DNA of 64,000 nucleotides from the human T2T-CHM13v2.0 reference genome, Homo sapiens: NCBI RefSeq assembly GCF_009914755.1, contig NC_060925.1; one strand, 5' to 3'. A program made the position numbers and the translations under genes. Each line of letters opens with the position of its first letter. Positions within the stretch are counted from its first letter, which is position 1. Below, in pieces: positions 1-13,320 of this stretch. The notes under the pieces are model-generated. The model was not told the DNA's origin and searched no databases. It was given only the letters and a program-made list of their open reading frames with translations.

Positions 1-59
1 CATATTGTAATAATCATATAGTATAATATGATATAGTTATAATATAGAATATAACTATA

Positions 60-290
60 ATAGCAGCAGTAATACAATAAAAATTTGTTTAGTACTTGCT
101 AGTCATCAACTTTTCATGTAAGCATTTTACCCATGTAATCTCATTTATTCCTCACAATAACTTCATAAAGTAGGTTTTCTACTTCATGATGTGGAATTTG
201 TAGTTTAAGGAGGTAAATTAACTGCCCAAAGCTACACAGCTGATAAAAGGCAAAGATGGACCTCAAACCCATGTCTATCTTACTTCAAAG
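60..290 (-). mobile_element. MIR SINE remnant
   Basis: ctcatttattcctcacaataac...aggtaaattaactgcccaaagctacacagc is the reverse complement of the MIR core. Confidence 0.65.
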
Positions 291-722
291 CTTGTTCTTT
301 TTCCATCCTGCTACAGTGCTTCTCAACTATTTTTACAATACAGTGTTACTCCAGCTTTTATCCAAAGCCCCTAAGGTCAGAGGAAGGTGTGTGCCTTGGG
401 AATACTAGTACTCAAACTTTGTAATGGGTTAGGGACAAAAGTAAGAGAGATGAAAAGCTGGTTGCCTGAGAATAAACCAGGATATGTAGAGCAAAGAATT
501 ATTACTTTATCCCAAATGCCATATGCGGTTTCATTTGACACTTAATACTTAACTGTTTCTAATTGCTCCCTGGTAGACCTGGGTTTTTACCTAAGCTGCT
601 GGCCCTTGCTCCTCCCCTGCATACTAGTGAAGTATACTGGTGAAGATATGATCATGACAGCCCTGGGTAGTCTCCCTTATCATCTGGGTCCTGATTTCAA
701 GAGCACGTAGATGGGCCTTTAC

Positions 723-966
723 CTTTGGTGCCAGGAGGCTGCAGGTTGTCTCCAGTCAAGGAACACCAGCCCACAGGGAAGATGTCTCGGGAGTCGAAGC
801 GGCACCAGTAGTCAAAGGCCCCTCGCCACCCATCAAAAGTGACAAGCACCTCTGAGCCCCGAACCTCCCCAATAGTGGCTGGGCAAATGAAATGAGGGTT
901 CTTCCTGTCCACAGCTTCTAGCTTCATTCCCATTTTGAAGAAGTTGTGGGAAGGCGATGGTGGCTC
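723..966 (-). CDS. SCMH1: SCMH1 coding exon, 244 nt (phase 0 to 1), core of MBT repeat 2: EPPSPSHNFFKMGMKLEAVDRKNPHF...DNLQPPGTK
   Basis: Acceptor TTTCTCATCTAG|GAG at 967-968 and donor AAAG|GTAAAG at 721-722. Length is 81 codons + 1 nt. Overlaps ORF 697..933. Confidence 0.97.
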
Positions 967-2075
967 CTAGATGAGAAACAGAAACATACACACCTAGACA
1001 CAAAGAGAGGCCATTATGCCAATAGACTACTATCTAATTTGGATGATTAAAAAGTGACTGCTACATGAGACTTATAATGGATATATAGCCTTTCTTTTAA
1101 ATTAATTTTAAATTCAATATTTCAATATTTAAAGTATTACTTTATTAATCCTAACATTTTGACAACTTTGCTTCAGATTTTTTAAAAAGGAAATAAAAGG
1201 TTGCAGATAAAGTTGAATCTCCCTTTCTGCCCTTCCCATATTCCATTCCCCCTCTACCTACCACGGAGGTAACAGCTACCCATGCATGTTTTATATTTTA
1301 CTATATACATACATACCCATTTGCCTGCTTTTAAATTTTATATAAATGGTATTATACTGTATATATCATTGTACAATTTGCTTTTTGTTTAGCAGTATGT
1401 TTTTGAAATCTGCCCATGTTGATAAATTTAGCTCTGATTCATTTTAACTTGTAATAGTATTTCATTGTATATATATATCGAAATTTATTCATTCTCCTTT
1501 GGACACTTAAAGATCTTTCCAATTGTTTACTATTTTAAAAGAGTTTTAACCACCATCCTTGCACTTCTTTGTATATGTGTAGGAAGGTTTCTTTAGGTTA
1601 TACATCTAGGTGTAGAATTCCTGAATTCCTGGGTTATAGGGTAGATATATACATCTTCTGCTTTATCAAATATTTTTAACTTGTACTCCAAAGTGGTTGT
1701 AACATTGTATACTTTCACCGGAAGTGTAGAGAGTTCCTGGGTGCTAATTTGTAATGCAGTTACATAGATCAAGTTTCAAAAAATGTGTTGTACATTCTAT
1801 TCTGTTCCCTTAATCTTACTATCTGATCCTGTACCAATAACATAGTCTTATTAAATGGATATCTGATAGGAAAAGTCCCCCTACTTTGTCATTCTTCAAT
1901 ATTGTTTTTGCTATTCATTCTCTGTCTTTCATATAAATTTCAATCAGTTTTTTCGAGTTCCATATATAAACCCTATTAGGATTTTGACTGGAATTACAAC
2001 GAATTTATAGATAAATTTGGGTGGAAATAACCTTTATTATATACTATCAAGCCTTCCCATCCATAAACATGATAG

Positions 2076-2425
<350 letters not shown>

Positions 2426-2862
2426 AAGATTTCTTTAATGCAGATTTCTTCAACATACATTTAAAAATTTCCTCTATAAATATCTCATGCTTTTTTACTA
2501 ACTTTTTTTCTAGGCAAATTACAATTCCATTGCTATCATAAGTGGCATTTAAAAAATTTATTTTCAAATCATTTAAATTTAACTGTTGTTAAATGCAAAT
2601 AAAGTGATTTTTAAAAATTGACCAACTTATTCGATACTGATTATTAGCTTATGCTGATTGACATACCAATTCTTGTGTGCTTGATTTATCAATTGTTAAG
2701 AGATAAGTCTTCAAATATTCCCTAGTGATTTGTGGATTTTCCAATTTTACCATGTAATTTTGTCAAATTTTGCTCTATTATACTTTGAGATTACATTTTC
2801 TAGGAGCATGTACATTTATGACTGTTTTATCTTCCTGGTGAACTGTACTTTATGATAATTAG

Positions 2863-3121
<259 letters not shown>

Positions 3122-3824
3122 TGCTTTTAGCATCATTTAGACTTTTAGTATCAAAGTCTTGCGTGATTTCCGTATAGTTTATGCCAGCTTTATTTTGATA
3201 AAAGTTCATCTGGCACATCTTTCATATTCTTTTATTTTCTTTTTTAAAAATTAAAAAATTTGTTTTCCATCATTCCCACCCTCTGTAGATTTCTTTTACT
3301 TTCAACATTTTTGTCATTATGTTTAGTGTCTCTTATACATAGCATATAGCTAGATTTTTAAAAATCTGATCTATGTATGATTATAATGAGCTTAAGCTCA
3401 TTTCTTGTGATAATTGATGTATCTGAATTTATTACAACTACCTTATTGTCTATGTTTCTATTTAATTTGAATTTCCAAAGTTCTTTTTTCTCCTTTTCAA
3501 TCAACTAAGTTTTCTTCTATTTTCCCCCTCCACTGATCCGGAAGTTAAACATTCTACTTGGAGTCTTTTGGTAGATCCCTTTACTGCACAGCTGGCATAA
3601 CAAAGTCTAAAACTCATCTTTATTTCTAGTCCCAAAGAATACAAGAACTACTCCTGAGTTACATAAGTGCTAGGTAATTCAGAAGCAGGATGCTCTTAGT
3701 GTTGAGACTTAACTAGCAGCATAGGCAAACCTAATTCAATACCCTTTACAGTAACTTTTACCCCATTAGAAAATTCAACGGATAGACTCACTGCCTCACT
3801 TCTTGAGAAGCAATAACAAATACA

Positions 3825-4000
3825 GGTTTTGGATCCCTGTTCTGCCGCTTACTAGCCACGTGATCTTGAGCAAGCTCCTAATTCAAAAGTATTTGTTTCC
3901 TTAACTATTAAATGGAAATAATAATTCTTAGTTCATAAAGTTAGCTGTGGGTATTACATGAGATAGTATATATAAAGTCCCAAACATATCGTAGGCAATA
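3825..4000 (+). mobile_element. MIR SINE remnant
   Basis: ctgccgcttactagccacgtgatcttgagcaag...aaatggaaataataat follows the MIR core. Confidence 0.65.
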
Positions 4001-4367
4001 AAAAAAGTCTCCTTCTTTTCTCTGTTTAGAACATGAACTCTACAGAACTCCAAGATCTATAATAAGAATAGCGCCTTTAGATTTGTATTACATTTAACAT
4101 ATTCTACTAATAATACATTTTAACTTCTTAACAAGCCCGACAGGTAAACAGAGATTACTGGAAGCTGGGACCATATAATCTAATCTATGGGACCTTATAG
4201 TCTAATATATTCCTCTGGGGATAATTGCTGCTTCATAAGCTACTAAAAAATCCTTCTGAACTAATTTCTGAGAAGGCATCTTCAGGCCATAAGTAAATGT
4301 GGACATCAAAGTCTCAATATTTGACCTTAAGCAGCCTGGAGCTGGTGATATCTGAGGGATAGCCTAC

Positions 4368-4456
4368 CTTGTGGAAAATCCTGATGGGAGCCATCTCTGC
4401 TCCATTTAGCGTCTTCAAAAGGAACATGGGCCAAGAAGACGCATTCAGCCGAAATC
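4368..4456 (-). CDS. SCMH1: SCMH1 coding exon, 89 nt (phase 1 to 0): (G)FRLNASSWPMFLLKTLNGAEMAPIRIFHK
   Basis: Acceptor TGCTTGCTGCAG|GA and donor CACAAG|GTAGGC. Length is 2 nt + 29 codons; phases match both neighbouring exons. Confidence 0.96.
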
Positions 4457-4512
4457 CTGCAGCAAGCATAATGGGCAACAGATTAAAAGTATGTTTCAAA
4501 AATGAATGGTGA

Positions 4513-5515
4513 TGTGGGTGGCAAGCCACCCAGGTGCCGAGGCAAGAGACCGAGGGCACGAGCTCTTCCAGTATAATAAAATATATAAAATAAGAATAGT
4601 TATACTAGATATAGATCATAGATATGATTATATATGAATATCATTCATCATTAGTTTGTAGCAATTATTCTTTATTCCAATATTATAATAATCCTCGCTC
4701 TACAATCATAACCTAGGAAAAACCAGGCCATACAGAGATAGGAGCTGAGGGGACATAGTGAGAAGTGACCAGAAGACAAGAGTGCGAGCCTTCTGTTATG
4801 CCCGGACAGGGCCACCAGAGGGCTCCTTGGTCTAGCGGTAACGCCAGCGTCTGGGAAGACGCCCGTTGCCAAGCGGACCGTGGTCTAGTGGTAGCGTCAG
4901 TGTCAAGGAAAAACACCCATTACTTAGAGACCGGGAAAGGGAGTCACCCTTTCCCCGGGGAAGTTTAGAGAAGACTCTACTCCTCCACCTCTTGCGGAGG
5001 GCCTGACGTCAGTCAGGCCCGCCTGCAGTTATCCAAAGGTCTAACTGTCTCCCTGTGATGCTGTGCTTCAGTGGTCATGTTCCTAGTTCGCCTTCATGTT
5101 CCATCCTGTACACCTGGCTCTGCCTTTTAGTTAGCAGTAGCAAATTAGTGAAAGTACTAAAAGTCTCTGATTAGTAGAAATAATGGCGTAAGCTGTCTCT
5201 CTCTCTCTCCTCTCTCTCTCTCTGCCTCGGCTGCCAGGCAGGGAAGGGCCCCCTGTCCAGTGGACACGTGACCCACGTGACCTTACCTATCATGGGAGAT
5301 GGCTCACACTCCTTACCCTGCCCCTTTGTCTTGTATCCAATAAATATCAGCGCAGCCTGGCATTCAGGGCCACTACTGGTCTCCGTGTCTTGGTGGCAGT
5401 GGTCCCCCTGGGCCCAGCTGTCTTTTATCTCTTCGTCTTGTGTCTTTATTTCTACACTCTCTTGTCTCCGCACACAGGGAGAAAACCCACCAACCCTGTG
5501 GGGCTGGACTCTACA
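4513..5515 (+). mobile_element. Solo LTR, LTR13 family (HERV-K13/HML-4 type), about 1.0 kb
   Basis: Starts TGTGGGTGGCAAGCCACCCAGGTGCCGAGGCAAGAGACC and ends CCCTGTGGGGCTGGACTCTACA (TG...CA). AATAAA at 5339-5344; degenerate 6-bp TSD tggtga/ttatga. Family from recalled consensus. Confidence 0.88.
4809..4827 (+). promoter_or_regulatory. CTCF core motif inside LTR13
   Basis: GGGCCACCAGAGGGCTCCT closely matches CCACCAG(A/G)GGGC. LTR13 is known to carry CTCF sites in primates. Confidence 0.6.
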
Positions 5516-6339
5516 TTATGATATCAAGTTCAGCCTTTAGAATCCAGCTACTCCTATGCTGTGATAGTTACAGAATCACAGACTGTTAAGAAAGGACTTA
5601 AGGGTTAAAAAGGAGAAACACCTCATTAGACAGATGAAGAAAATGAGGCACATAAGAGAGAATGTAACTTGTCCAAGGTAATGCTGTAAAGTAAATAGTG
5701 GGACAGAGTCTCCAAACCAAGTTTCCTAAGACAAGTACTACAGAACACATAACGTAATGCCTAGAAAACTTTCTAGGCATTTGAAAAATCCAAAAAAGAT
5801 GTGATAGGATTAACGAATACTTAGAGATGATCTGGACAGTAGAGTATGAAAGGGGATCTAATAATCTCTTAAGAAGAAACCAAACATGTCAACCGATAAA
5901 CCCAATATATAAGTAAATCATTTTGGTTCCTCTCAATGTAAACTAACTCACTACTTCTCTTATCACTTTCTGTCTTGCACACATACACACACCAAGTACA
6001 AAATACTTTCTGAAGTTCATTGTTTACTTAAACAACTAAGGACCAAGGAATGACATTGGAAAGGATTGTCCTATCCAAAAATCTTCATTTTGCAAAAGAG
6101 TAAAAAGAAGCCTAGAGAGGTTAACTGTCCATTATCACCTATCAATGAATTGTAAAAATAAGATCATTATTACAGTTAGGTCTTCCAATTAGAGCCCCAA
6201 GTGCTTCTTTCAATTTGCTTCAACTCTGCATCCTGAGATAACAAAACCTAATGTTTTTTGAGCATTTCCCAAACTACCTCAGCCTTCCCACTCCAAACAA
6301 AAGAACAGATAAGCTGCACCCAAGCTGCAAAGCTGGAAA

Positions 6340-6575
6340 TAACAGCAGCAGCAGTATCTGATGTTATTGAGCACTTTACTGTTCACTATGCCAATCACTT
6401 TCTATTGACTATCTAATCCTCAAGACAGCCCTAGGAGGTAGATATTATCTTCATTTTATAGATGAGGAAACAGGTACAATTTATTTGAAGTTAAATAAAT
6501 TGCTTAAGATTTCAAAGTGAGCAAACGAAAAGACAGGATTAAAATTCAGGCAATCTGACTCCTGAGCCCACACTT
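6340..6575 (-). mobile_element. MIR SINE remnant
   Basis: tattgagcactttact...aatcctcaagacagccctaggaggtagatattatcttcattttatagatgaggaaacagg. Confidence 0.7.
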
Positions 6576-7729
6576 TAAAACTGGCAATGTATGGGTAAAA
6601 TGAAAAGGGAAGATTCAGCTTTTGGAAAAAAGTATCAATTAACAACTGTAATTAAAGTTAGGAGGAGGAGGTGACAAGGAAATGCAAATAAAAAAAGAGT
6701 TACCACTCCATACTATTTAAACTTTTAGTCCCAAAGCTGGCTAGGCTAAGCCAGCCTTCCCAAGGTAAAGAGATTTCTTGGGACAGCCCATCCATATCAA
6801 CAGCAATGTGGACTTTCCTATCACTCAATCTAAAACTGCCATCACTTCCTTTTTGCTTGCCCAGCTTTTTTTTCCCTTTAGGGCAAAAAAAAAACAAAAA
6901 CAAAAAAAACCCCACCGTAACTCCACATGATTTGGTGGGCACGTCAACCACATATGTGGTCCTTACCTACCTGGCCTTGGGGTAAAACACAATGCTGTTT
7001 AAGAGCATCAAATTCCCCTAGACCAAGAGTGTATATGTGTCTATGTCCCATGTTAGGCCAGTTGTTTTTTGACATGAGATTGACGTTGGAGAAGAACATC
7101 TTTCTTTGTCTGAGAACATGCCCATAAGGATGTTTGCAGTTTGGGCACTGCTACATGGAGAACAGACCTGAGAATAAAGCCAAAGTACAGCATGGGATGG
7201 AGACACATAATAGTGTTTAAAACCCAGTACTCAGACACTCAACACCAGATAAATCCTTGGACTTCTTGGTTATATGAGTTAATAATTCCTGCCTCCTCCT
7301 TTTTTCCCTCTCTAATCTGGTTTGAGCTGGGTTTTTAACTGCTACTCTTCTTTTGACAATGGTTTAAAAAAATTAAATCCCTCCAGAAATTCAAGCGTGG
7401 TGTTTATGTGGGAAAACAACTCTCCTTAGGTCAGGGAAGGGCTGAAGCAAGCCAAACCCAGAGCAGCTTTGCCATGAGTGGTTTGGTACACCTATGGATA
7501 AGGTAAAGCAAGGCACTACTGTTTTAGAGAAGTGGTCTATACACCTTGGTATAGGGAGGCCTGCACAATTAGAAAATTCAGGTTTAATGCCTATAGTTAT
7601 CAATGACTAGAGTGCCTAGCCATGTAATTCCCAATTCCATTTTTGAGGTAGGGGTTACTGGGGGGTTTCTATCTCATCTGAAGCTTAAGGAGCTAAAAAA
7701 TCCTCTCAGCTTTGGAAATCATTACAATA

Positions 7730-8810
7730 TTATCATAATAGTTAATATATATTGAATGCTTACCATGTATTAAACATTTTATATGCCATTTCTTACTCAA
7801 TATTTGAAATAACATGGGCAGGCACTATTATTATCCCTACTCTACAGATGATAAAAAATGAAAACTCAGAGAAGCAGCTTGTCTAGGGTCATGCTAGTAA
7901 ATGCCGGAGACAGATTTCAATATATGGTGGTTGGATACCAAACTTTGTGGTTCTTTACTATGTTTCACTACCAGCAGGATTCTTCAAGAGTACAGGGGCA
8001 AAGCAGAAATATTTTGAACCCAAGAAATTGCTAAGGTATCTTATTCCTCAATCCGCTAGGTGATGTGGGACTCTATCCCTTCAAATTCAAGTATATCCAT
8101 AATTTACCTCAATATTCTTGGGCAATCATAGATAGTAGATAATTTTAACATTGAAAGGGACCTCAGAGGCCATGAAGTACAAAGATCTTACATTGCAGAT
8201 GATGAAACTGAAGTCCAGAGAGGCTAAGAAACTTGTTCATGGTCACACAAGCCAATCTTACACTGTCAGGCTGGAACCCCAGGACTTCTTATTTGGTTCT
8301 CTTTTATTACACTATGTTTATTACACTATCTCTTTTATTACACTATGTTGCCTCCAAAAGTTAACATTTATTGTACACATATCATGAGCCAGCTCCTTGT
8401 GCTAAGCATTTGCAGTGGATCACTACTACTATTCTGAATCAGATACTAGAGGAGTAGCAGTTTCTGGTGCCAGACTGCCTGAATTTAAATCCAGCTTTGC
8501 CACTTACCAGGTACATAACTTTTGGAAAATTACAAAACCTCTCTCTAGCTTCAGTTTCCTCAACAACAGCATGGGATAAGAATCAATGGGTTGTTCTAAA
8601 GATTAAATAGGCTAATACATGCAAAGGACTTAAAACACTGCCTGGCATACAGGCAGGAGTTAGATAAACATTGGCTATTATTTTTGTAACTATAGATGAA
8701 AAAACTGAGGCTTAGAGAAATTAAGTAAAATATCCAAAGTTAGTAAGTTAGTAAATAGCAGAGCCAGGATTTGAACCCAACTACTCCGTCTCCAGAGCTT
8801 TCATAACTAA
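7730..8810. mobile_element. Cluster of MIR remnants (about 7730-7930 -, 8140-8290 -, 8450-8685 +, 8690-8810 -)
   Basis: Recurrent MIR core words: ccagactgcctgaatttaaatccagctttgccacttac and gatgaaaaaactgaggcttagagaaattaag. Confidence 0.65.
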
Positions 8811-9019
8811 TCATCACATTAATATCGTCAAATATTTTATCACTCAGTCCTACCACACTGTCTCTAGGTAAGAAGGGTTGGAGTCATAAACTTGTGAAAG
8901 AGAGAAAAGAAGGAAGATGAAAACAGTAATTTGAGGCTCTATTCAAATTAGGCAACGACCTAGGCTGTCTATAAGGAAAAGGACAGGTGGGTAAGAGGAA
9001 ATCCTAATCTCTAAATGTA

Positions 9020-9990
9020 GAGCACCTCAGTGCTCAGTCATTGCTTCTGTCTTCTTCTTGGTCCCCACTTTCTTCCTGTTAAATGATGACTGTCAATTTA
9101 TATATCTAGCCAAAACCTCTGCTCAGGGTTTCATGTTCATATATCCAACTACCTCAGTCTATAACTCTACTTGGATGTCTAAGAAAACGTAAAATGAATA
9201 AGTTTAAGACAGTACTCTTGATTCTACTATTCCCTCCAAACTTGTTCTTTCCTCCAGTTATCCCATCTCAGTTTAATAGGTGGCACCCCTTATTAAACCC
9301 AGGTGCTCAGACCTAAAAGACTAGAAGTCATCCTTGATTCTTCCCTTTCTATCACCCACCAAACCCAATTAATCAGCAAGTCTTGATGGCTTTCCCACTT
9401 AATATATGCTAGATCGACCCACATTTCACCATCTCTACTGCTATATTACCCTAATTTAAGCCAGAGTCAAACTTTGCCTAGACAACTCCAACAGCCTTCT
9501 AACTGGACCTCAGCCCTCTACTTTTGCAGCCAGAATAATATGGTTATGTTTTTAAAAATATAAATCAGGTCACATTACCTTATGCTCAAATTTCACAACA
9601 CAAAACAGATCTAAACTCTTTATTATTCATGTTTACAAGGCTTACATGATCTGGACCTTGCTTACTCCTCATTACTCATCTCTTATCACTCCCTTGTACC
9701 CCTATTCATTGGTCTTTCTGTTCTCAAATATACCAAGCTGTTTCCCTCTGCCTCAAACACCTTTTAATCAACTCTTTACAGTTAGTTATTTGCTGAGACA
9801 TCACTTCCTCAGAAAGGTGTTCCTTGACTACTTTACCCAAAATAGACTCCTAAATCTATCCTGCTTCCTTCTTATTTATTCCTAGCCCCTATCACCATCT
9901 GAATTTTCTTTTTAAAAAGTTTAATGTGTATGTCTTCTCCAACTAGAATACAAAATCCTTGATAGTTTTATTGAATTAAGGAAAAAACCC
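9020..9990 (+). mobile_element. L2 LINE 3' remnant
   Basis: catatatccaactacct...cttggatgtctaag...gtcatccttgattcttccctttct...cacttcctcagaaagg are L2 3' motifs. Confidence 0.7.
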
Positions 9991-10384
9991 TCCATTTATT
10001 AAATGGGTGCCAAGAATTGATGAACGCTTTATTATGTTATTCCACTTAATCCACAAAAACAACATGGGGAAGAATTTATTAATCATCTTGCAGGTAAGGG
10101 CACTGAAACTCAACGTTACAAGTCAAGGTAAAGCAACTTACCAGTAGTCACACAACTAAGGTAGTGAGTGGCTAAGTTAATATTACAAAGTCAGATCTCT
10201 TTTAATTCCAAACACAGGCTGCAAGTGCTCTGTGTTTACCAAGGATTCATTTTTTAAAACTTCATAAAGAACCACTTCTAAAGTGCTTCTAGGTGCTCCC
10301 AAGACTATGGGACCACTGGATAAGCTAGGGTCCATCTCTTTAAACTGGCCAGCTGATGAAACTGGATTTAAGAGTGGAGCTGCA

Positions 10385-10687
10385 GGCCGGGCACAGTGGC
10401 TTTCACCTGTAATCGCAGCATTTTGGGAGACTGACGCAGGAGGATCACTTCAGCCCAAAATTTAAAGACCAGCCTGGGCAACACAGTGAGACCCTGTTTC
10501 TACAAAAAATACAAAAAATTAGCTGGGTGTGGTGGTGTGTGCTTGTAGTCCCAGCTACGTGGAAGGCTCATGCAGGATGACTGCTGTAGCCTGGGGATGT
10601 CGAGGCTGCAGTGAGCTATGATTGTGACGCTGCATTCCAGCCTGAGTGACACAGCGAGACTCTGCCTCAATACATACATACATACAT
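10385..10687 (+). mobile_element. AluJ with tail converted to (TACA)n
   Basis: GGCCGGGCACAGTGGCT start, dimeric body, TSD GTGGAGC(T/A)GCA. Confidence 0.92.
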
Positions 10688-10722
10688 GTGGAGCAGCAGG
10701 ACTATAATCTAATCATAGTCCA

Positions 10723-10738
10723 TGCCCTCTGGTGGCAG
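10723..10738 (-). promoter_or_regulatory. CTCF core motif in unique sequence
   Basis: Minus strand reads CTGCCACCAGAGGGCA, a near-consensus CTCF core. Confidence 0.55.
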
Positions 10739-10914
10739 GTAACAGAAGAGCATTCACACCAGGAATTGATCAGTGACAGAAACATACAAAGGATTCCTTT
10801 GAAGTTACTGTATATACTAAAGCATGTGACCAAATTTGCTGGGTAAGCAGTTTACACTGAGATCGTGACTCACTTGACTAGGGGCCTCATTAAAGGCTAG
10901 CTTCTACTCCAGCT

Positions 10915-11460
10915 CAGTGACTCTCAAACTTGGACTGGAATCCCCTAGGGAACATTAAAGAATACATCAGATCCACTCCCAGAAATCCCTATTTAACTGA
11001 TCTGAAGTTAAGGCCTAGACCCTGAAAATTTTAAGAGCTCCCTAGGTGATTTTAACAGGTAGCCAAGTTTGAGAACTATGCTCTAGACAGCCCTCTTTAG
11101 AAGAAACAATCACAGTATTAAGTAGAAGAATCAGTCAGTAATAACAGGGAGCTGTGAGGAGAAGAGTGGCAGCTTTGAGATAACTGAGGAGAATCATTCT
11201 ACTCTACTACATGTTTTATCCTTGGAGGACTCCACTGCAAAAGAGTAATATCCCTTATGAGAACAGAACACACATACGTATACATATACACCATGCAAGA
11301 TTTTAATGGAAAAGGATGCTCTTCCAGAGCAATGTTTTCCAAATATAGACCAGTTGTGTCAGTATCTCAGGAGAGCCATTTTGCCATGCAGAATCCCAAG
11401 CCCCATTACCTAGAGCTTCTGATTCAGCAACTCTAGAAAGAAGTCCAGAGAAGGCCTGGG
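10915..11460. mobile_element. MER5-family hAT-Charlie remnants (about 10915-11085 and 11330-11460)
   Basis: cagtgactctcaaactt...ccctaggtgattttaac...aagtttgagaactatg, and atgcagaatcccaagcccc...ttctgattcagca. Confidence 0.55.
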
Positions 11461-12039
11461 GAACATGGACACACAAACATATGTACAATTATATATAAAT
11501 AATTTTATTTTTTTAATTTTATTTTGAAAAGTTATAAACCTAGAGAAAATAGCAAAAACTATATAATGAACAATTATGTACCCTTCAACTAGATTCAACA
11601 ACTATTACCATTTTCCCACATCTGCTTTTCATCTACATATATTAATGCTTCCACCCCTGAACTATATGAAAGTTGGAGATGTTACGACACTTCACCCCTA
11701 AATATATCAGTATATTTGAAAAAAGACATTCCCCTACAAAATTGCAGTATTATCACACTCAGGAAATTTAATTAAAAATATTCTCATTTGTCCCTAAAAT
11801 GTTCTTTAAAACTGTTGATTTTTAAATACAGGATCCAATCAAGAATCACATACTGCAATTGGTTGTCATGTTTCTTCAGTCTCCTTTAATGTAGAATTCA
11901 TGTATAATAGTCCTGTTGCCTTTTGTTTGCTTTGTATGACACTGACATTTTTGAAGAGTCTGGATTATGTTTTACAGAATGTCCCACAGTTTGGACTTCT
12001 TCTGATCGTTTCCTCATAATTACATTCATGCTGAAGAGC

Positions 12040-12070
<31 letters not shown>

Positions 12071-12348
12071 TTTTGAGACAGGGTCTTTCTCTGTTGCCCA
12101 GGCTGGTGTGCAGTGGTGCAATCATGGCTCACAGCAGCCTTCAACTCCTGGGCTCAGGTGATCCCCCTGAGCAACTAGGACTAAGGGTGTGCACCACCAC
12201 ACCTGGCCAATTTTTCTATTTTTTGTAGTGATGGGGGACTTGCTATATTGCCCAGGCTGGTCTTGAATTTCTGGCCTCAAGTAATCATTCCGCCTCAGCC
12301 TCCCAAAGTGCTGGCTCTGATTACAGGCATAAACTGCTAGGCCTGGCC
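12040..12348 (-). mobile_element. AluJ with (TTTA)n tail
   Basis: Dimeric Alu on the minus strand. Confidence 0.9.
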
Positions 12349-12674
12349 TGCTAAAGAGATTTGATAAAAAATATTATACAGGTGATGTGGAGTATTTCTC
12401 ATTGCAATACTGCAGGAGGCACATAATGTCAGTTTGTCTAATTACTGAAGATACAAAATTTGATCACATGTTAAGAGGTGATTGACAGTGTTCTTCACTG
12501 TAATTTCCCTTTGTAATTTACAGGCAATCAGTGGAGAGAAACTTTGAGACTGTGAACATCCTATTCCTCAGTATGTTTTTTTACCTAATAGTTTAAGCAT
12601 TTATTGGTTACTCTTGCCTGACTCAATTATTAAAATAGTTGCAAAAAAGTAATTTTCTCTCATTCCTTCTATAT

Positions 12675-13320
<646 letters not shown>

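Noticed and set aside
697-933. ORF-track starts and ends of the MBT ORFs (697..933, 4314..4559, 30314..30613) as standalone small proteins
   Set aside because: They are exons read into flanking intron; splice sites define the true coding limits.
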